A DNA stretch of 54,098 nt, the filler included, from Dimargaris cristalligena (Eukaryota): NCBI GenBank assembly GCA_003614675.1. It is 3 parts of 3 records of this genome, joined end to end, with 100 filler letters (N's around TTAATTAATTAA, not from the genome) between each part and the next. Parts side by side here need not be neighbours in the genome. Positions count along the whole stretch, not along the records: positions 18,069 to 36,033 come from ML002781.1; positions 36,134 to 54,098 come from ML002782.1; 1 more part is not named here. One strand, given 5' to 3'. The notes below the pieces were generated by a model, which searched no databases, was not told the DNA's origin, and worked only from the letters and a program-made list of their open reading frames with translations. A program made the position numbers and the translations under genes. This document shows positions 31,716 through 44,284 of this stretch, one piece after another; position 1 is the first letter of the stretch; every line of letters starts with the position of its first letter.

Positions 31716-34326
31716 ATGTCAGCACTCGTCGATAGGTTGTACCAAGGCATTAACCAGGGGCAACGGGCTGCCCTCTCCCAGGCCATTACTCTTGGTAAGT
31801 CCAGCCACCCCTATCTATGGCCCCATGTGGGAAAATCATTACTTGATATTCCCTTACCACCTATGATCTTTCACTACGGCTGGGCTTACATGTGGGATTA
31901 GGTCGGTGCGGTTATCTATCGACAGTCCCATTATCGTATTAAGTAATACGGTTCCATCCATAAAACTGCGGCGGACTATCTAGTGCTTCGGGCCGCATGT
32001 CCACTGGGACTGTCCCCTAGACCACTCTAAACCTAATTGGATCACCAACTCTAATGGCAACCGGTATAATGGTGTATTATTCCCGGACGACCCGATAGTG
32101 GAATCCACGAAGTTTGAGCACCGACAAATGGCCACCGACCTCTTGCAGCGGTTTCTCGATGATACCCACGGGACCCAGCACCATTCTTCTGCCAACCCCC
32201 CAATGCGCTCGTTTCGCATCGGTCTTTCAGGCCCACCGGGTGTGGGTAAATCTACTTTTATCGAGGCGTTTGGCACGCTTTTAACCGAGCAGGGTTACCG
32301 GCTCTCCGTCTTGGTAGGTTCGACGTGCTTGTCTTTGGCCCGCTGATTTTGTTGTACTTGTATTAGACCATGCCCTCTCGAGGAATACAGGGCCCAAATT
32401 ATAAAAATATTTACACCGTAGTCTCACGTATGCCACCCGACCATTTGCTTACTTACTTTTGGAATATATAGGCCATTGACCCATCTTCGATTCTAACTGG
32501 CGGGTCTATACTGGGAGATAAAACCCGTATGCCCAATCTATCCCGGAATACGAATGCATATATTCGACCATCGCCCAACCGTGGGACATTGGGTAAGTCG
32601 ACCAAACCATCACCATGGATAAACGCCATGTAGCTCTTGCAAAGGAGGTTATTTAAAATATAATAGCTGTGTCAATTCATCCAGCCACCTTCCACCGCAT
32701 ACAGGAAAAATAAATGTACCGCAATATCTTTAATGCATACCCTTATAGTTTTTGTATCAATTACGGAAATTAGGCGGTGTGGCTCGCAATACCCATCAGT
32801 CAATGCTCCTCTGTGAAGGTAATGTGAATTTGGTTTTACCATTTTGGTGAACTGTGGAGTAATATATTGCGCTCACCCCCATTGTGATTCAACCCGGCAT
32901 TTAAGGCCTGATCGCTGACATTCGGTGCCCCTGGTACTGTATCATCAGATGCTGATTTAACTACTTGCTCTGTTTAATCTGTATTTTTTTGGGGGGGGGG
33001 GCAAATTTAAAATATGTGTACGCTAAATCGGATCAGCCGCTGGATACAACGTCTGCCTAGTTGAAACGGTCGGTGTAGGTCAATCTGAAACGATGGTAGC
33101 TGATATGGTTGACATGTAAGTACAACTTGATTTGGAAATACAATTATATACTTTCCCATAGCCAGCGTATTAAGTTTTTCTTTATATTAACTAACTTATC
33201 GTTTCCGATTCACAACATAATCAACCATCTGTATGTAGGTTTGTTTTACTTGTTCCGCCTGGAGGTAAGTGAAGTGACACTCGATAATTCAGATGAATCA
33301 TGTTTATCATATTCATCACCCCCCTCCAAGACCTGTGGCAATAGTTGAAATATGCTACTCTGCTACTTTAAAGTGACATAACCTAACATGATATATGGCC
33401 ATTATATTACAATGTTCGCTCGCGTAAATAAATAGGAGGAGACGAGCTGCAGGGCATGAAAAAGGGGATTATGGAGATTGCCGATATGGTCTTGGTCAAC
33501 AAGGCCGACGGGGATCTATTAAATGCGGCCCGTCGTGCCCAAATCGAATACACCAGTGCCCTCAAATTTATGCACCATCGATTTTCCTCCTGGCGCCCAC
33601 CAGTGCTGCCCGTATCATCAATGCAAAAGGAAGGGCTTAAGGAGGCCTGGTCATCCATGCTCAAGTTCAAGAACGAATTTGAGGTAAGTATAGTATAATA
33701 ACAATTACCAATAGTTAATATATACTATTACAAGTATAGCCGATCCTTTCCGACTTCTGGCTACGCAGTTCGCCATATCGGCATTCGCGGATACTAACGG
33801 TTAACATGAATTTTAACGCTGTGTTCCAATTATAACCTATAACAATATTATCCATAGGCGGACGGCAGTCTCGAGCAAGTAAGAGGGTCCCAACGAACCA
33901 AGTGGATGTGGAATGAAGTATCTAATCTCCTAACCTATAGGTAATTATTGGGCTTCAACCCCGTCAGTTATTTAATAGAACTCCCCAATAAATATTAAAT
34001 AATTGGCCATAATCCCAAGCGTTTTTCAGGACGTTGCGATGCTCCTTAACTATGGCAGAAATAGTTGCGTCGATAATACGTATATAAACACAATACCACT
34101 ACCTCAGAATCTAACTTGCCATTCCCATCTGCCACCTCTCATTATATATATATATTATTTTCCTAACCATAGACTAAATTCCGACAAAGACCTCCGTAGG
34201 GCATCCGGTCAAATAGAGGACCAAGTCTACCACGGTCGAATTACACCCAACAAGGCCGCAAATGATATCCTCATGACACTTTTAGACAAGTGGAAATTGA
34301 CGAGGGATACAGCTAAACTTCTTTAA
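31716..34326 (+). CDS. MMAA: MMAA/MeaB (ArgK-family) GTPase, chaperone of adenosylcobalamin-dependent methylmalonyl-CoA mutase; predicted exons 31716-31794, 32099-32313, 32472-32592, 32774-32818, 33037-33115, 33239-33264, 33436-33683, 33858-33940, 34173-34326 (true start may lie further upstream)
   Basis: Spliced translation gives [97 protein letters not shown]. Confidence 0.93.
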
Positions 34327-35721
34327 GGGCCTTCCAAATTCTCTAGTTTTGCTTGCTTACTGTATCGCCTACAGCCTTAGACTATTTCTCAATACTGGCC
34401 AATTATTCCCGGTCCTACTGTTTCAAAGGACCTGTAGTTTACCTAGACACCAAATATATAAAATTTAAAATTTTAGACTTGAGTGCAGTTCTAGCTACTT
34501 TACGTACCAGTGGGCATTATATTCTAACAGGGACTATACAAGTAACAGCAAACTATGGCAAGTCTGGGGACTAGTTCCGTATACAATATCTGGCTGACAC
34601 ATCCCATGAGGTTTAATTAGGAACGGCATAACTCAATATAATGGATCACTCACCCACCAAACCGGCCAAGTCATGGCATTAACGATAATCTATGTCGGTA
34701 GGCCAGGCTATAACCCTAATAACTTACATATATAATGGTTAAATAAAACCCATATAAAAAAAATCAAGATCACTTTCACTCGGCCATGCCCCATACCAAC
34801 ATTATAGCACTGATATCTAATTACACAACTAGGAGGAGATAATCACTAATTGATGGAGGTTAGTGCATCCCTTCATAAGAAGGTATATGGTTTTGGTTTG
34901 GAACTAAGGTCCATGAGTTAGGTATAACTAGGCAAGACCTGGCTTTGTGGATGGGTCGAGAAAACAAGGCGATTACTGCGCGGGAGACGGTATTTCTATA
35001 TAGTATTGAACAAATCAGTGGATTTATAATGGGGGTGAGAGGGATATTATCGTATTCTACAATAGTTTTATACGACTGTCGGTGATATAAAAGGGGTTAG
35101 CACTGCCAATAGATGTCAAGTGGTGGGTGTATATGAATATTTGAGAAATTCGGCATAACTGCATAAGATTTGAAATGATAAATATGTGGGAAAATAGGCG
35201 CGTTATTGATTTTTACCCAGTAGGAGTAGCTTCATTCAACGGATTGTTCGCTAAATAGCCCAGTTGAACCCTAGCCATATGAAATTGAACCAGACAGTTA
35301 ATCGAAAATATGGATAAGTAAGTAGCTTGGGTGCAGCCAAATAAATAAAAGGGGTCGGGTAATTCATCGATCCCCCACTCAATGCGACTGGCGAATGCAA
35401 GAGGCGATTATATACCTCCAGACAAGCCCCACCTTCAAACAAACAGGTAGATTGGACAGTGAGGACCGGCGCTCGTTAATATCATATATCATGAAAAACC
35501 ACAAAAAAAAACAAATAACAATATTAGCATGGTGTTAGAGTAGTCAAAAATGAAATTCAGGGCTTCCCAACTGCTATTCAAAGGGGAATTATAGAGAAGA
35601 GTAAATAAGCCCTACCCTTTGGGGGCGAAGATGAGCACTGGAGTAAGGGTACACCAATGACCGGTAAAAAGAACCGAGGGGCTCAATGAATTAAAAAAAA
35701 GACAAAAAATAGAAAGATAGT

Positions 35722-35794
35722 TGGAGGACCAGGGTATCGATCCCCGTGCCTCTCGCATGCTAAGCGAGCGCTCTCCCATTTGAGCTAGACCCCC
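35722..35794 (-). tRNA. tRNA-Ala (anticodon AGC), intron-less
   Basis: GGGGGTC-TA-GCTC..GAGC-G-CTCGC TTAGCAT GCGAG-AGGCA-CGGGG ATCGATA CCCTG-GTCCTCC-A; G3:U70 alanine identity pair; T-run terminator downstream; one U:U mismatch in the acceptor stem. Confidence 0.95.
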
Positions 35795-36033
35795 CGCTTC
35801 ATTTTTATGTACCCAAATTTTTGGCTACTCGTTTTCGAACCGTTCACGACTATCCATCCATCGATTTCGACCCTTCGGGCACCCGCAAGACTGCCCGGAA
35901 CGACGCCCCGACTGTCCGACCCGTCCACCAGAACGACGATTACGTGGACACCCCGACGATCTATTGAACATTCCGCCGATTCTGTGAACATTTCGAAATT
36001 CGCATCTCAGATCTGAGATCTCATTGAAAGAGG

Positions 36034-36133
36034 NNNNNNNNNNNNNNNNNNNNNNNNNNNNNNNNNNNNNNNNNNNNTTAATTAATTAANNNNNNNNNNN
36101 NNNNNNNNNNNNNNNNNNNNNNNNNNNNNNNNN
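36034..36133. other. Artificial contig-joining linker (N44-TTAATTAATTAA-N44)
   Basis: Same structure as 17969-18068. Confidence 0.97.
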
Positions 36134-36583
36134 AAGCCTAAATAAAAAGATAGATGGATAATAGAGAAAGGGAGAGAAGGTCCCAGAACATTGGATGACT
36201 AAGCAGAGGGAAAGGGAGGGGAGTTCCCAGATAATAATATTAGTTATCACAAAGGATAGGTAATGCTTGGGTAACCAATAAATTCAATGTGAAATAATAG
36301 AAAGGAAAAAGGGAAAAAGGGAAAAAGAGAAAGCTATTTTTAACTATACTCTGAATAGGGGTGCAGTCAGGCCAGGGATAGTGTGAATGCAGGGGTGCAT
36401 CATAGCCAAGGGTATATAATATACTAATAGAAAAAATACTATACTAATGAAAATGGATGAAAAATGACTATACTCATCAGGGGTAGGGGCAGGGGCTCAT
36501 TCACTTGTCAGGGGTATACTTCTGATAAATGCAAAAAATAGATAAAAAATAAAAGTAGGTAAAAATATGGTAAGTTCACTACA
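36134..36583 (-). mobile_element. LTR family A, CpG-depleted copy cut by the contig start
   Basis: Aligns by eye with ~18516-18990; ends GTTCACTACA. Confidence 0.75.
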
Positions 36584-36740
36584 GATACTACTAAGATTTA
36601 GGGGATAGGTAAATAAGCTGACCAGACAGCTGTAGATATCTGGAAGTCTCTTAGAGGTAACCAGAAGAGTCTTTGGATCAGTACTGGAGTAACTATAGGA
36701 AGGTTAATATGGTATTTTAAGGCCTATTATGGCTAGACAC

Positions 36741-37290
36741 TGTCACCCAGGTTTACCACTCTTAGTCCACCAAGAGTCCCGGGGATAGGCTTCTAATAGT
36801 AGGCAGGGCTTAGGCTCGGCTAAGCAGGCTACTAGTATTAGGGAGGGATTGGTACTGACTAATAAAGGATAAGCACAGGTATATACAAGGGATGTGCAGC
36901 AGGCACACTTACTGGCTAATACAATGGGTAAGTATATAAGAAGTTTATTGGGGTAAACTATGGGGGTAAGGAATAAGCTAAGGAACTGAACTAGTCCCAG
37001 AGGGGCCCAGTTATTTATATATGGGGACCTCTCATAATAAGGGGTCCTTAAGAGCAATGGGATGACTAAAGAAGAGTCAAGGGTTGGGGCCTTAACCAGG
37101 GGGCTTGCATCTGGAAGACTCCACTAAGAATGGGGGAACATTGGATCAGCCAGTGGATCATTGTGTGAGAAGCATTGGGGCCCAGTCATAGTGGGCTATA
37201 TAGCAAGGGAAGAGGAATATGATGCAATAAGGTAAGGTAGGTCAGGATGATCAGTATTCCTGTATTTAGGGAGGATTAGGTGGGCGTACA
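36741..37290 (-). mobile_element. Complete solo LTR family B (550 bp) with 5-bp TSD GACAC
   Basis: TGTCACCC...GGGCGTACA flanked by GACAC at 36736-36740 and 37291-37295; TATATAAA and AATAAA on the minus strand; homologous to 18178-18436. Confidence 0.85.
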
Positions 37291-38364
37291 GACACTAAGC
37301 CAACCAGATTAAGGTGGATTAGATAATCTGATAGAGTATATCTAATTAAATTAAAAGTAGGTTATATTTTATAATACATTAGCAGTCATATCACCAAATC
37401 CCAGCAGATGCTAAGATACTGACACTAAGGAAGAGTATACTATAAAAAACACTTGAGCTATAGCTATGGTATGCATTTTATAGGTAGTAATGGTGAAGGA
37501 TTTCAAATATATAGCTAACCTAACTGATGAAGGGGGTAATGGATACAGCTAAGAATGTTTAAACATGCTTCTAGTATATGTTTCTTCATTCTACAATAAT
37601 GAAGATAAGGTTGTGGCTAATAAATATATAATATGTGAATTAGATGGCAGTATTGGCCAAAAGGTGATGCTTCTTTTGTGAATATATTACTGCGCCTTAT
37701 TAATGGGACTTGGCAATGGTGTCTCAAACTCAATGATAAGCTAACTTATATCTCTTTAGTGACTAAGCATAACACTTATAGATAAATATAGAGGAATGTG
37801 GTAACTATAGTTCAAATAGGCGTGGGTCCTAATCACCTTTATTATGTTGCATCGTAGTCAATCCCCATCTAGTACATGTCTAATGTTTTTAAAAGTCTTG
37901 CCACAAGGAATAACTACCTAACCCATTAGAATAACACCGAAATCCAACGATAGGAGTAAATCCTGCAAAATCATAACTAACAATGCCAAGAAGCAACTCG
38001 GATGGCATGAGTAACACACAGGTGGGCTATACCCATGATATCCGTCGAAACATCGAAACACTAATGGGGATAATAAATATCATATATAATAGTAAATACA
38101 TCGAAATTCCAGCCACTTAATCATTACTCAAAAACCAAACTTCATGCACATGTATATCTAGATAATCAAGCGAACAAAGGATAGTTGAAAATGCACTAGC
38201 GCAACGACATGGACACCTAGTCAGAAGGGTATGGAAGGGGGGTAAAAGCTATATAATCCAAAAAAATAAAGGGGGGGGGGGGCGCAGCGAATAAATCAGT
38301 GAGCTTCCCTTCCGACTAATATCGGCCCTTTAATCCATATATTCACCCCCCTTCCTTTTCCTTT

Positions 38365-40596
38365 TCACGCCACTGCACCATAAGACCTGACTCGCGAGAA
38401 ATAAAAGGGCCGGAAATCAGTCAATGAATATGTGACCACCTCGTCCGGGTATTTCAAATTCATACTAGCGTATGACAACCAGTTGAGTTTGTTATGCCGT
38501 CCCCGCTGGGCGGAACTTTTGGCCTGGGCGTGGATAAAGAAGGTCAGGGTAGGTCGGTCGGGATCGCATACGACCGCCCATAGTTGGCCTTGGGTACTCA
38601 CGGCGTAGGTACCATACATGAGACCTTTGCGTCGGGAACCGATCGACATAATTCCCTCGCCACTCCGGAGGGACCCGTGACCCCCTCCCCCTCCACCACT
38701 ACCACCATTAGTACTCATGCCCATTCCGATGGAGTTCGTCACCGGTGTGGAATCGGAATACGTCGCATGATACGCGGCCCCGACCAGTGGATCCCATTTC
38801 AAGGCCTTGATGGCTTTTTTGGGTTCGTCGGTCGTTAGCCATTTCAAACACCGACCGTCGCGGTAAAAACGCATATACCGGTAATAGGTAACCATATGAA
38901 CCGGTTGGTACCACGTATTTTCGGTACGTCCCGGGCGGGCGTAGTAACAGGTGGATACGTAGACTCCGTCCCAGCGCACCCGGGGTTGGCCCCGAAACAG
39001 TTGGCACCAATTCCCGCGGTACCGGCGGTCGAGCACCAGGGAATTGAAGCGGTGCGAGAGGGCGTAGAACCGATCAGGATCAAGACCGTGTAAGATTGAT
39101 TCGGTGGCGGTGTAGGCAGAGGCCAATGGTCCGCCCAATCGAGTTGGGGAGGGGGCGGTGATGGGATCCAGGTAAGGGGCCGTTAGGTACCGCTGGTTTA
39201 AATCCGACCGCACCGCCTCTAATTGACCCACGGTCAATGATCCTCCTTCCTGCATTTCATCATCCACGGCGGTTCGAGTTATCCGATCCCTGCGATCACT
39301 GGCATCATTGGCAATTCCCCCGGAACTAGGTTTGGCCGCCCCGTCGGTTATTTCTAAGGCCGGCGAACTAAATACGTATTCACAGGCCCACCGCCAGAGG
39401 GCGGTTTCCTGGGTGAGGGCCCGAAAGGTTTGGCATACCTGGGCGAACCGGGACACCGAGGCGAGGTCCATGACGAGTAAATGGCGTAGGATAATCACTT
39501 GCAATTCCCGCGGCAGTTCGGCTATCCAGCAGGGCTGGTCGGGGTTTAAGGGTTCAATCGGGAGGGGGAGGGGTTGATTTGACCCAGTGCCTTGATCTAG
39601 AACTTGATCTCCATTATCAAGGGCAGCGGTGACGGGAGGATAATCTACCTCATCCTCCTGGTCATCCCATGGCGCCTCCACCGACGTAGATGTTGTTTCG
39701 GGCTCGGGGTGGCCTCTTTCACCCCCGTCGCTAGGACCATTCCCTCCTCCGGGCCGAAGTTTAGTACCAGTACCCGAGAACCCGGGGGGTGGACAAGGTC
39801 GGGTGCGGGAAGAATCTAGTTTAAGGTTGGTCAAGTCACTCGCCAGGTGATCGGGTGTAGGGGTGACGTAGTCGTCGCTACTCGCAGCCACCCCAGTGGT
39901 ATAGGGCCGCCGCGACTTCGATGAGTTACTGTTATTTGGCTGGGCCAACTTCGATGGTACTTTCTTGGTGCCATCGCCCACATGAACCATTGATTTAGTG
40001 GAAGATGGTCCGGCGGTAGTGGTGATGGTGGCAGGATTAGTAGTGACCTTGAGCTGGGTTACTTTGCGGTATAAATTGTCCACGTGGCCATGCAGACGAA
40101 ACGCCCGTTGATAACACTGGAGCGCTTCCCCTAATTGGCCTTCCTGTTCGAATGCAATGGCCTGACTATAGAGGCCCAATGCCGAATGGTCCTTGGACGA
40201 TAAGCTGGAGGTCCAACTACCCCAGGGATTGGCCGGTCCAGCGGCTGACGTGGACACCGAAGTGGAAGAGGATGCTGCCAATGAACCGTGCCCAGCTGTT
40301 TCTGTTGCCGTTATTGTTGCAAGTGGTGTGAGCTGCTGGGACGCAGAATTAGCGGACCCGGTCGACGGTAATTTGGAATGGTCAGCGGCCGAGGCCAATA
40401 TATCACCGCTGCCACTACCACCGGACGGTGCAACAGTGGTGGCGGACGTTGCTGGGGTTATGCCAGGGTCGGTGGACTGCTTTCTGTGCGTTTTGGCCCG
40501 AACCTCAGCTTGCCATTTGCGGCGGAATGCATCGAGGTCCGGATTCTCCTCCCGAGGGATGGGATTAGTCGAGGCTGGGGAATGGTGGTTCGACAT
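38365..40596 (-). CDS. HRT3: F-box protein of the FBXO9 / Hrt3 / Pof7 family, single exon
   Basis: ATG at 40596 inside the 803-aa track ORF. LDAFRRKWQAEV; TPR-like ALGLYSQAIAFEQEGQLGEALQCYQRAFRL; F-box IAELPRELQVIIL...FAQVC; C-terminal PRVRWDGVYVSTCYY.RPG, VHMVTYYRYMRFY.DG, RHNKL.W, PFYFSRVRSY. Confidence 0.88.
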   Translation of the reverse strand: MSNHHSPASTNPIPREENPDLDAFRRKWQAEVRAKTHRKQSTDPGITPATSATTVAPSGGSGSGDILASAADHSKLPSTGSANSASQQLTPLATITATETAGHGSLAASSSTSVSTSAAGPANPWGSWTSSLSSKDHSALGLYSQAIAFEQEGQLGEALQCYQRAFRLHGHVDNLYRKVTQLKVTTNPATITTTAGPSSTKSMVHVGDGTKKVPSKLAQPNNSNSSKSRRPYTTGVAASSDDYVTPTPDHLASDLTNLKLDSSRTRPCPPPGFSGTGTKLRPGGGNGPSDGGERGHPEPETTSTSVEAPWDDQEDEVDYPPVTAALDNGDQVLDQGTGSNQPLPLPIEPLNPDQPCWIAELPRELQVIILRHLLVMDLASVSRFAQVCQTFRALTQETALWRWACEYVFSSPALEITDGAAKPSSGGIANDASDRRDRITRTAVDDEMQEGGSLTVGQLEAVRSDLNQRYLTAPYLDPITAPSPTRLGGPLASAYTATESILHGLDPDRFYALSHRFNSLVLDRRYRGNWCQLFRGQPRVRWDGVYVSTCYYARPGRTENTWYQPVHMVTYYRYMRFYRDGRCLKWLTTDEPKKAIKALKWDPLVGAAYHATYSDSTPVTNSIGMGMSTNGGSGGGGGGHGSLRSGEGIMSIGSRRKGLMYGTYAVSTQGQLWAVVCDPDRPTLTFFIHAQAKSSAQRGRHNKLNWLSYASMNLKYPDEVVTYSLTDFRPFYFSRVRSYGAVA

Positions 40597-43500
40597 GACA
40601 GTGGAATGAAACAAGGGGAATAGGAAACAGTATAGGTTGTCCAAATGCAAAGGGTTGAACAAATAAGAGGACAACTTGTGCCATTGGGTGGGAGTCGTCA
40701 CCAAGAATATCCCACCAAGTAAGGTTATGCGGTGTGGGTCACATTGTGGCAGTGCAAGGCCGGCGGAATAGACCAACTGGGGCCGAAGTGGTAGTTCTAC
40801 TAATACACCTAGGGAAAGGTCACCTGGGCCATAGCAAAGGAAGGCCTTGTAAGAATCAATAAACTGGAAATCGAGTTCAGATATTATTAATTGGGTACTT
40901 TATAATACATAAAATGGAGTATGCATAATTGTAATGGTCCGATGAGTCTTAACATTTCCCCTGAACAAAATTACACAGGGATAAAACCTATGTACGGAGT
41001 GTTGTTCCAAACCCTGGACAACTATTAATCGGGGTGGGCAAAAAAACACAAAATGCAAAAATACAGGGATATAGACTAAACGGTGTGAAACAGAAATGAT
41101 AAGGCTAAAGTGTTTTGGTACAATAATACCAGTCAAACTGTACATCAGTTTATCTGCAATCTAGGCGGTATTCAATGAATTGAGATCTGAGGATCCTCCT
41201 AATTACCCTCGTATTTTATAATCAATTGATCGTTACTTCAAGCTCAAGACGTATCTGATGAAGGTCAGTGAGCCCCTCTAGTCCCCAATATTAACAGGAT
41301 CAACCTCCGGTTCTTTACCGTTTAGTTTCGCCCCATGACATACCGCCTTGCAGCATTGTTAATTTTTGGGAAATATCCGACCCCATGTGGCCGATGGACC
41401 TTAATTATTGTTGAATGGCATTGCTAGTGAAGCGTGGCTTAGTGTTTCCCCGGAATCCAAAAGAAGACAGTTGGCGAACTCGGCCAAGTGGCGAAAGATA
41501 CACGTGCAAAAGTTACAATGGCCGGGGGGATGCAAGGCAGAAATGAGGAACAATAGCCAGGTGGCAATGTGGGTAGATTGGGTGGTAAAACTAGTGGTTA
41601 CAGGCTAGATGTGTTAAATAAATAAGCCGACTGGTGTATATTATTAAAGTGAAAGAGAATAACCTGTTACACAGCACTGCCTATCTATTCTTATAATTAG
41701 ATCGTAGGTTGTAAGCGAAATGTCACTTTTCTCTCCAGTAAAACCACCTCGGATGCTGGCTGACAGAATCAGTAGGTTCCACCAAATTGGGCACAGCTAA
41801 TTTTAATATAACACTCCCCCCCCTTCATTCCTAAGTCCTCACAGAGTAGATGGTACGCAATAATCCCCATAATGGAGGCCGAAGACTGCTGGAACTAATG
41901 TGTCTAGGAGTATTATGGAGTAATTATTACTATTTTAAAAGAAGAAGGAAGATATTACCGCCAAGACTGACCATGGATAATCTACGAACGATGTAGTCAA
42001 TATGGCAGGAGTTCATCCAGGCTGTATAATGAAAAATCCATTTGATGAGGTAAATATTACTGGTCAAAAGTTATTCTCCCACATATTATCCCATATATAT
42101 ATGGTGTAAAATCTTATACAGTTGGGTTGAAGTTCACCCATATGCAAGGAAAGCAATTTACCACGCCAGTCGATCTTGCTCTACAAGCACAATCTTAAAT
42201 TTACCCAACTTAGCCCATCATTACAGTGTACCGCCTTTCTTTCAGTTTCATAGGAGAATGGTTCGAAACGTACATCTAATCAATTTAGAATTAATCCACT
42301 GTGTCAAATACTATATTGCCATTCGCTACTGACTCTATCAACTCCCCTCCCCCATTTCCCCCTTTATTAATACCCCCGAAATTGGAAACTTCTGTGCCGT
42401 CCCCATATTTACGGTCTAGAGTGGTGGGTGGTCCATAAAATGGGGAGGGGGCTAAGTAGCCAATCACCAATGATCTATAATCCCTCCCCCCCTCATTTTT
42501 ATTCGCACAAAGGCGGGTAATGACAGTGGCGCCTCTGAAAACGGCCTCGTCGGTCTTTATGGACTTAAATAATGGTGGCTATTGATTGCCAAGGATTAAA
42601 GGGCACATCCCCTTTTATTTGTCGTGAACATCCTACCCCTTCACCATTGGTGGGTAGTAGTGTAATGACCGTACAGGTAATACTAACTAGCACCCACAGA
42701 ATATGGGCTGTTTATTAATAGAGGGCGGGCATCTGCGAATTAAAAATGAGTTGGCACTGTCTTTTTTAGGGCCAGTCAAATATATGGCCCTTATCTAAAT
42801 TTGCAGCACCCTCTATCATTCCCCAATCTCCGCGTCACGTCTCCCTAACCCTTCTTTCTTTCTACCCAATATTGGGCATTTTTGGCTTCCAATCAATCGT
42901 TCGATATATGTCGGATATTCGAGTTAATTATATGACGAATAACACTCGTTTAAAGTGATGGGGTTTACTGGTTAATAAGTCGTGTTTAATTTCACCCATA
43001 TTGGGTCAGAAGTGTGAGATTACCCGTTATCTGATACGTGTTTTATCCAGAACGATACCCTGTGGCTGCAAAAAAAAAAAAAAAGACACACACTTTGCAA
43101 ATCTAAGAGTAAAAAACCAATACAAATAGACATGTCGAATAATAATCGTGGTAAAAGAGAATACGGATAGTAATAAGTAGTATTTGTCCATACGACTAAC
43201 TTGGACATTGATTTGCACTATGAATAAAAACCGGTTTTGCTTACTCAATTATTACACAATAGCTAGACTGATAACATGAAAAGAGGGAAGACGGGTCTAA
43301 TCGTTATAGGCCATAGCAGCCAGTATCTCTCCTCTCGTACTCTTCCTTTCCTTGTCCATACTCCTTCCTACGCCCAAGCCATATACGTCTACCATGTGAT
43401 GGTAGGTCGGAGGTATGGAAGATAGACCACGGCAATGCTTGGGAAACGACTTGGTTATTTCGACCTACCAGGCTTGAGTCGGCCAGGTAATGAAGTCACG

Positions 43501-44246
43501 GGCATCTATGAAGGGCGGCGGAAAACGGGGGGGGGGGGGTAAACTATCCAACTATATCCTTAACGAGGTAAGTTTGAGTGTTGAATACTCACCACCTCCT
43601 CTGACTCCAGGTCATCATCATGGCTTAAAAATCCGAACCTTGGTAGTAGATGATCAGATAAACAGGAACACATTCGTCAGCCCGAGTGAGTGCACAATGG
43701 GAACTCGCTGAGTGGAAGAGTGTGGGAGTGGAGGGAACTGGGTGAGCCATTAGGAAATACGTAACAAGTAAATATTAGTAAACAACAGCGAGTGGGAATC
43801 ACCGCCGATGTATTTGGTCCACTCGTCCTTGGGGAGTGTTTCCATAGGTAATCGAGACTATCCAGGAGTTGGCAACGCCTGCTTTAATTGGAAAGGCAGA
43901 TCCTCCGGAGATTTCGCAACCATAACCTAATGAATAAATTGGGTTATAATTGTAAAATGTTAATGCCCATAAATGTAAACTGGTCTCCTTGCGGAGGGTG
44001 GGGAGGGGTGATCGTTTTTCCCTTGGTGTCTTCCCTCACAAACTCCCTACCTCACACTTGTTATTACCTAATTTAGGGAAATAGTATCGTATCCACACCT
44101 ATTTGGAAGCCAAAAACGGCGAGGCACAAAGTGAATAGAGTGGGAGATGGGTAATTAGTCGGACTGTTGGGCTGACTCCTCACCCCCCACCCACCCGATA
44201 CCCCTATTTTTAGGTTCTATATTTATAAGCCCGGTTGGCGGTATCT

Positions 44247-44284
44247 GATCGTAATTGCTGGTGGGGATCGTAATTGCTGGTGGG
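44247..44284 (+). repeat. 19-bp perfect tandem duplication GATCGTAATTGCTGGTGGG x2
   Basis: Read directly. Confidence 0.8.

Noticed and set aside
40597-40776. N-terminal 60-aa extension of the F-box ORF given in the track
   Set aside because: Starts at a non-ATG codon; the first ATG at 40596 directly precedes the conserved region.
43389-43470. Short inverted repeats (CTACCAT/ATGGTAG and TGGTAGGTCG/CGACCTACCA)
   Set aside because: Only 7-10 bp with no TSD or second copy; compatible with chance.
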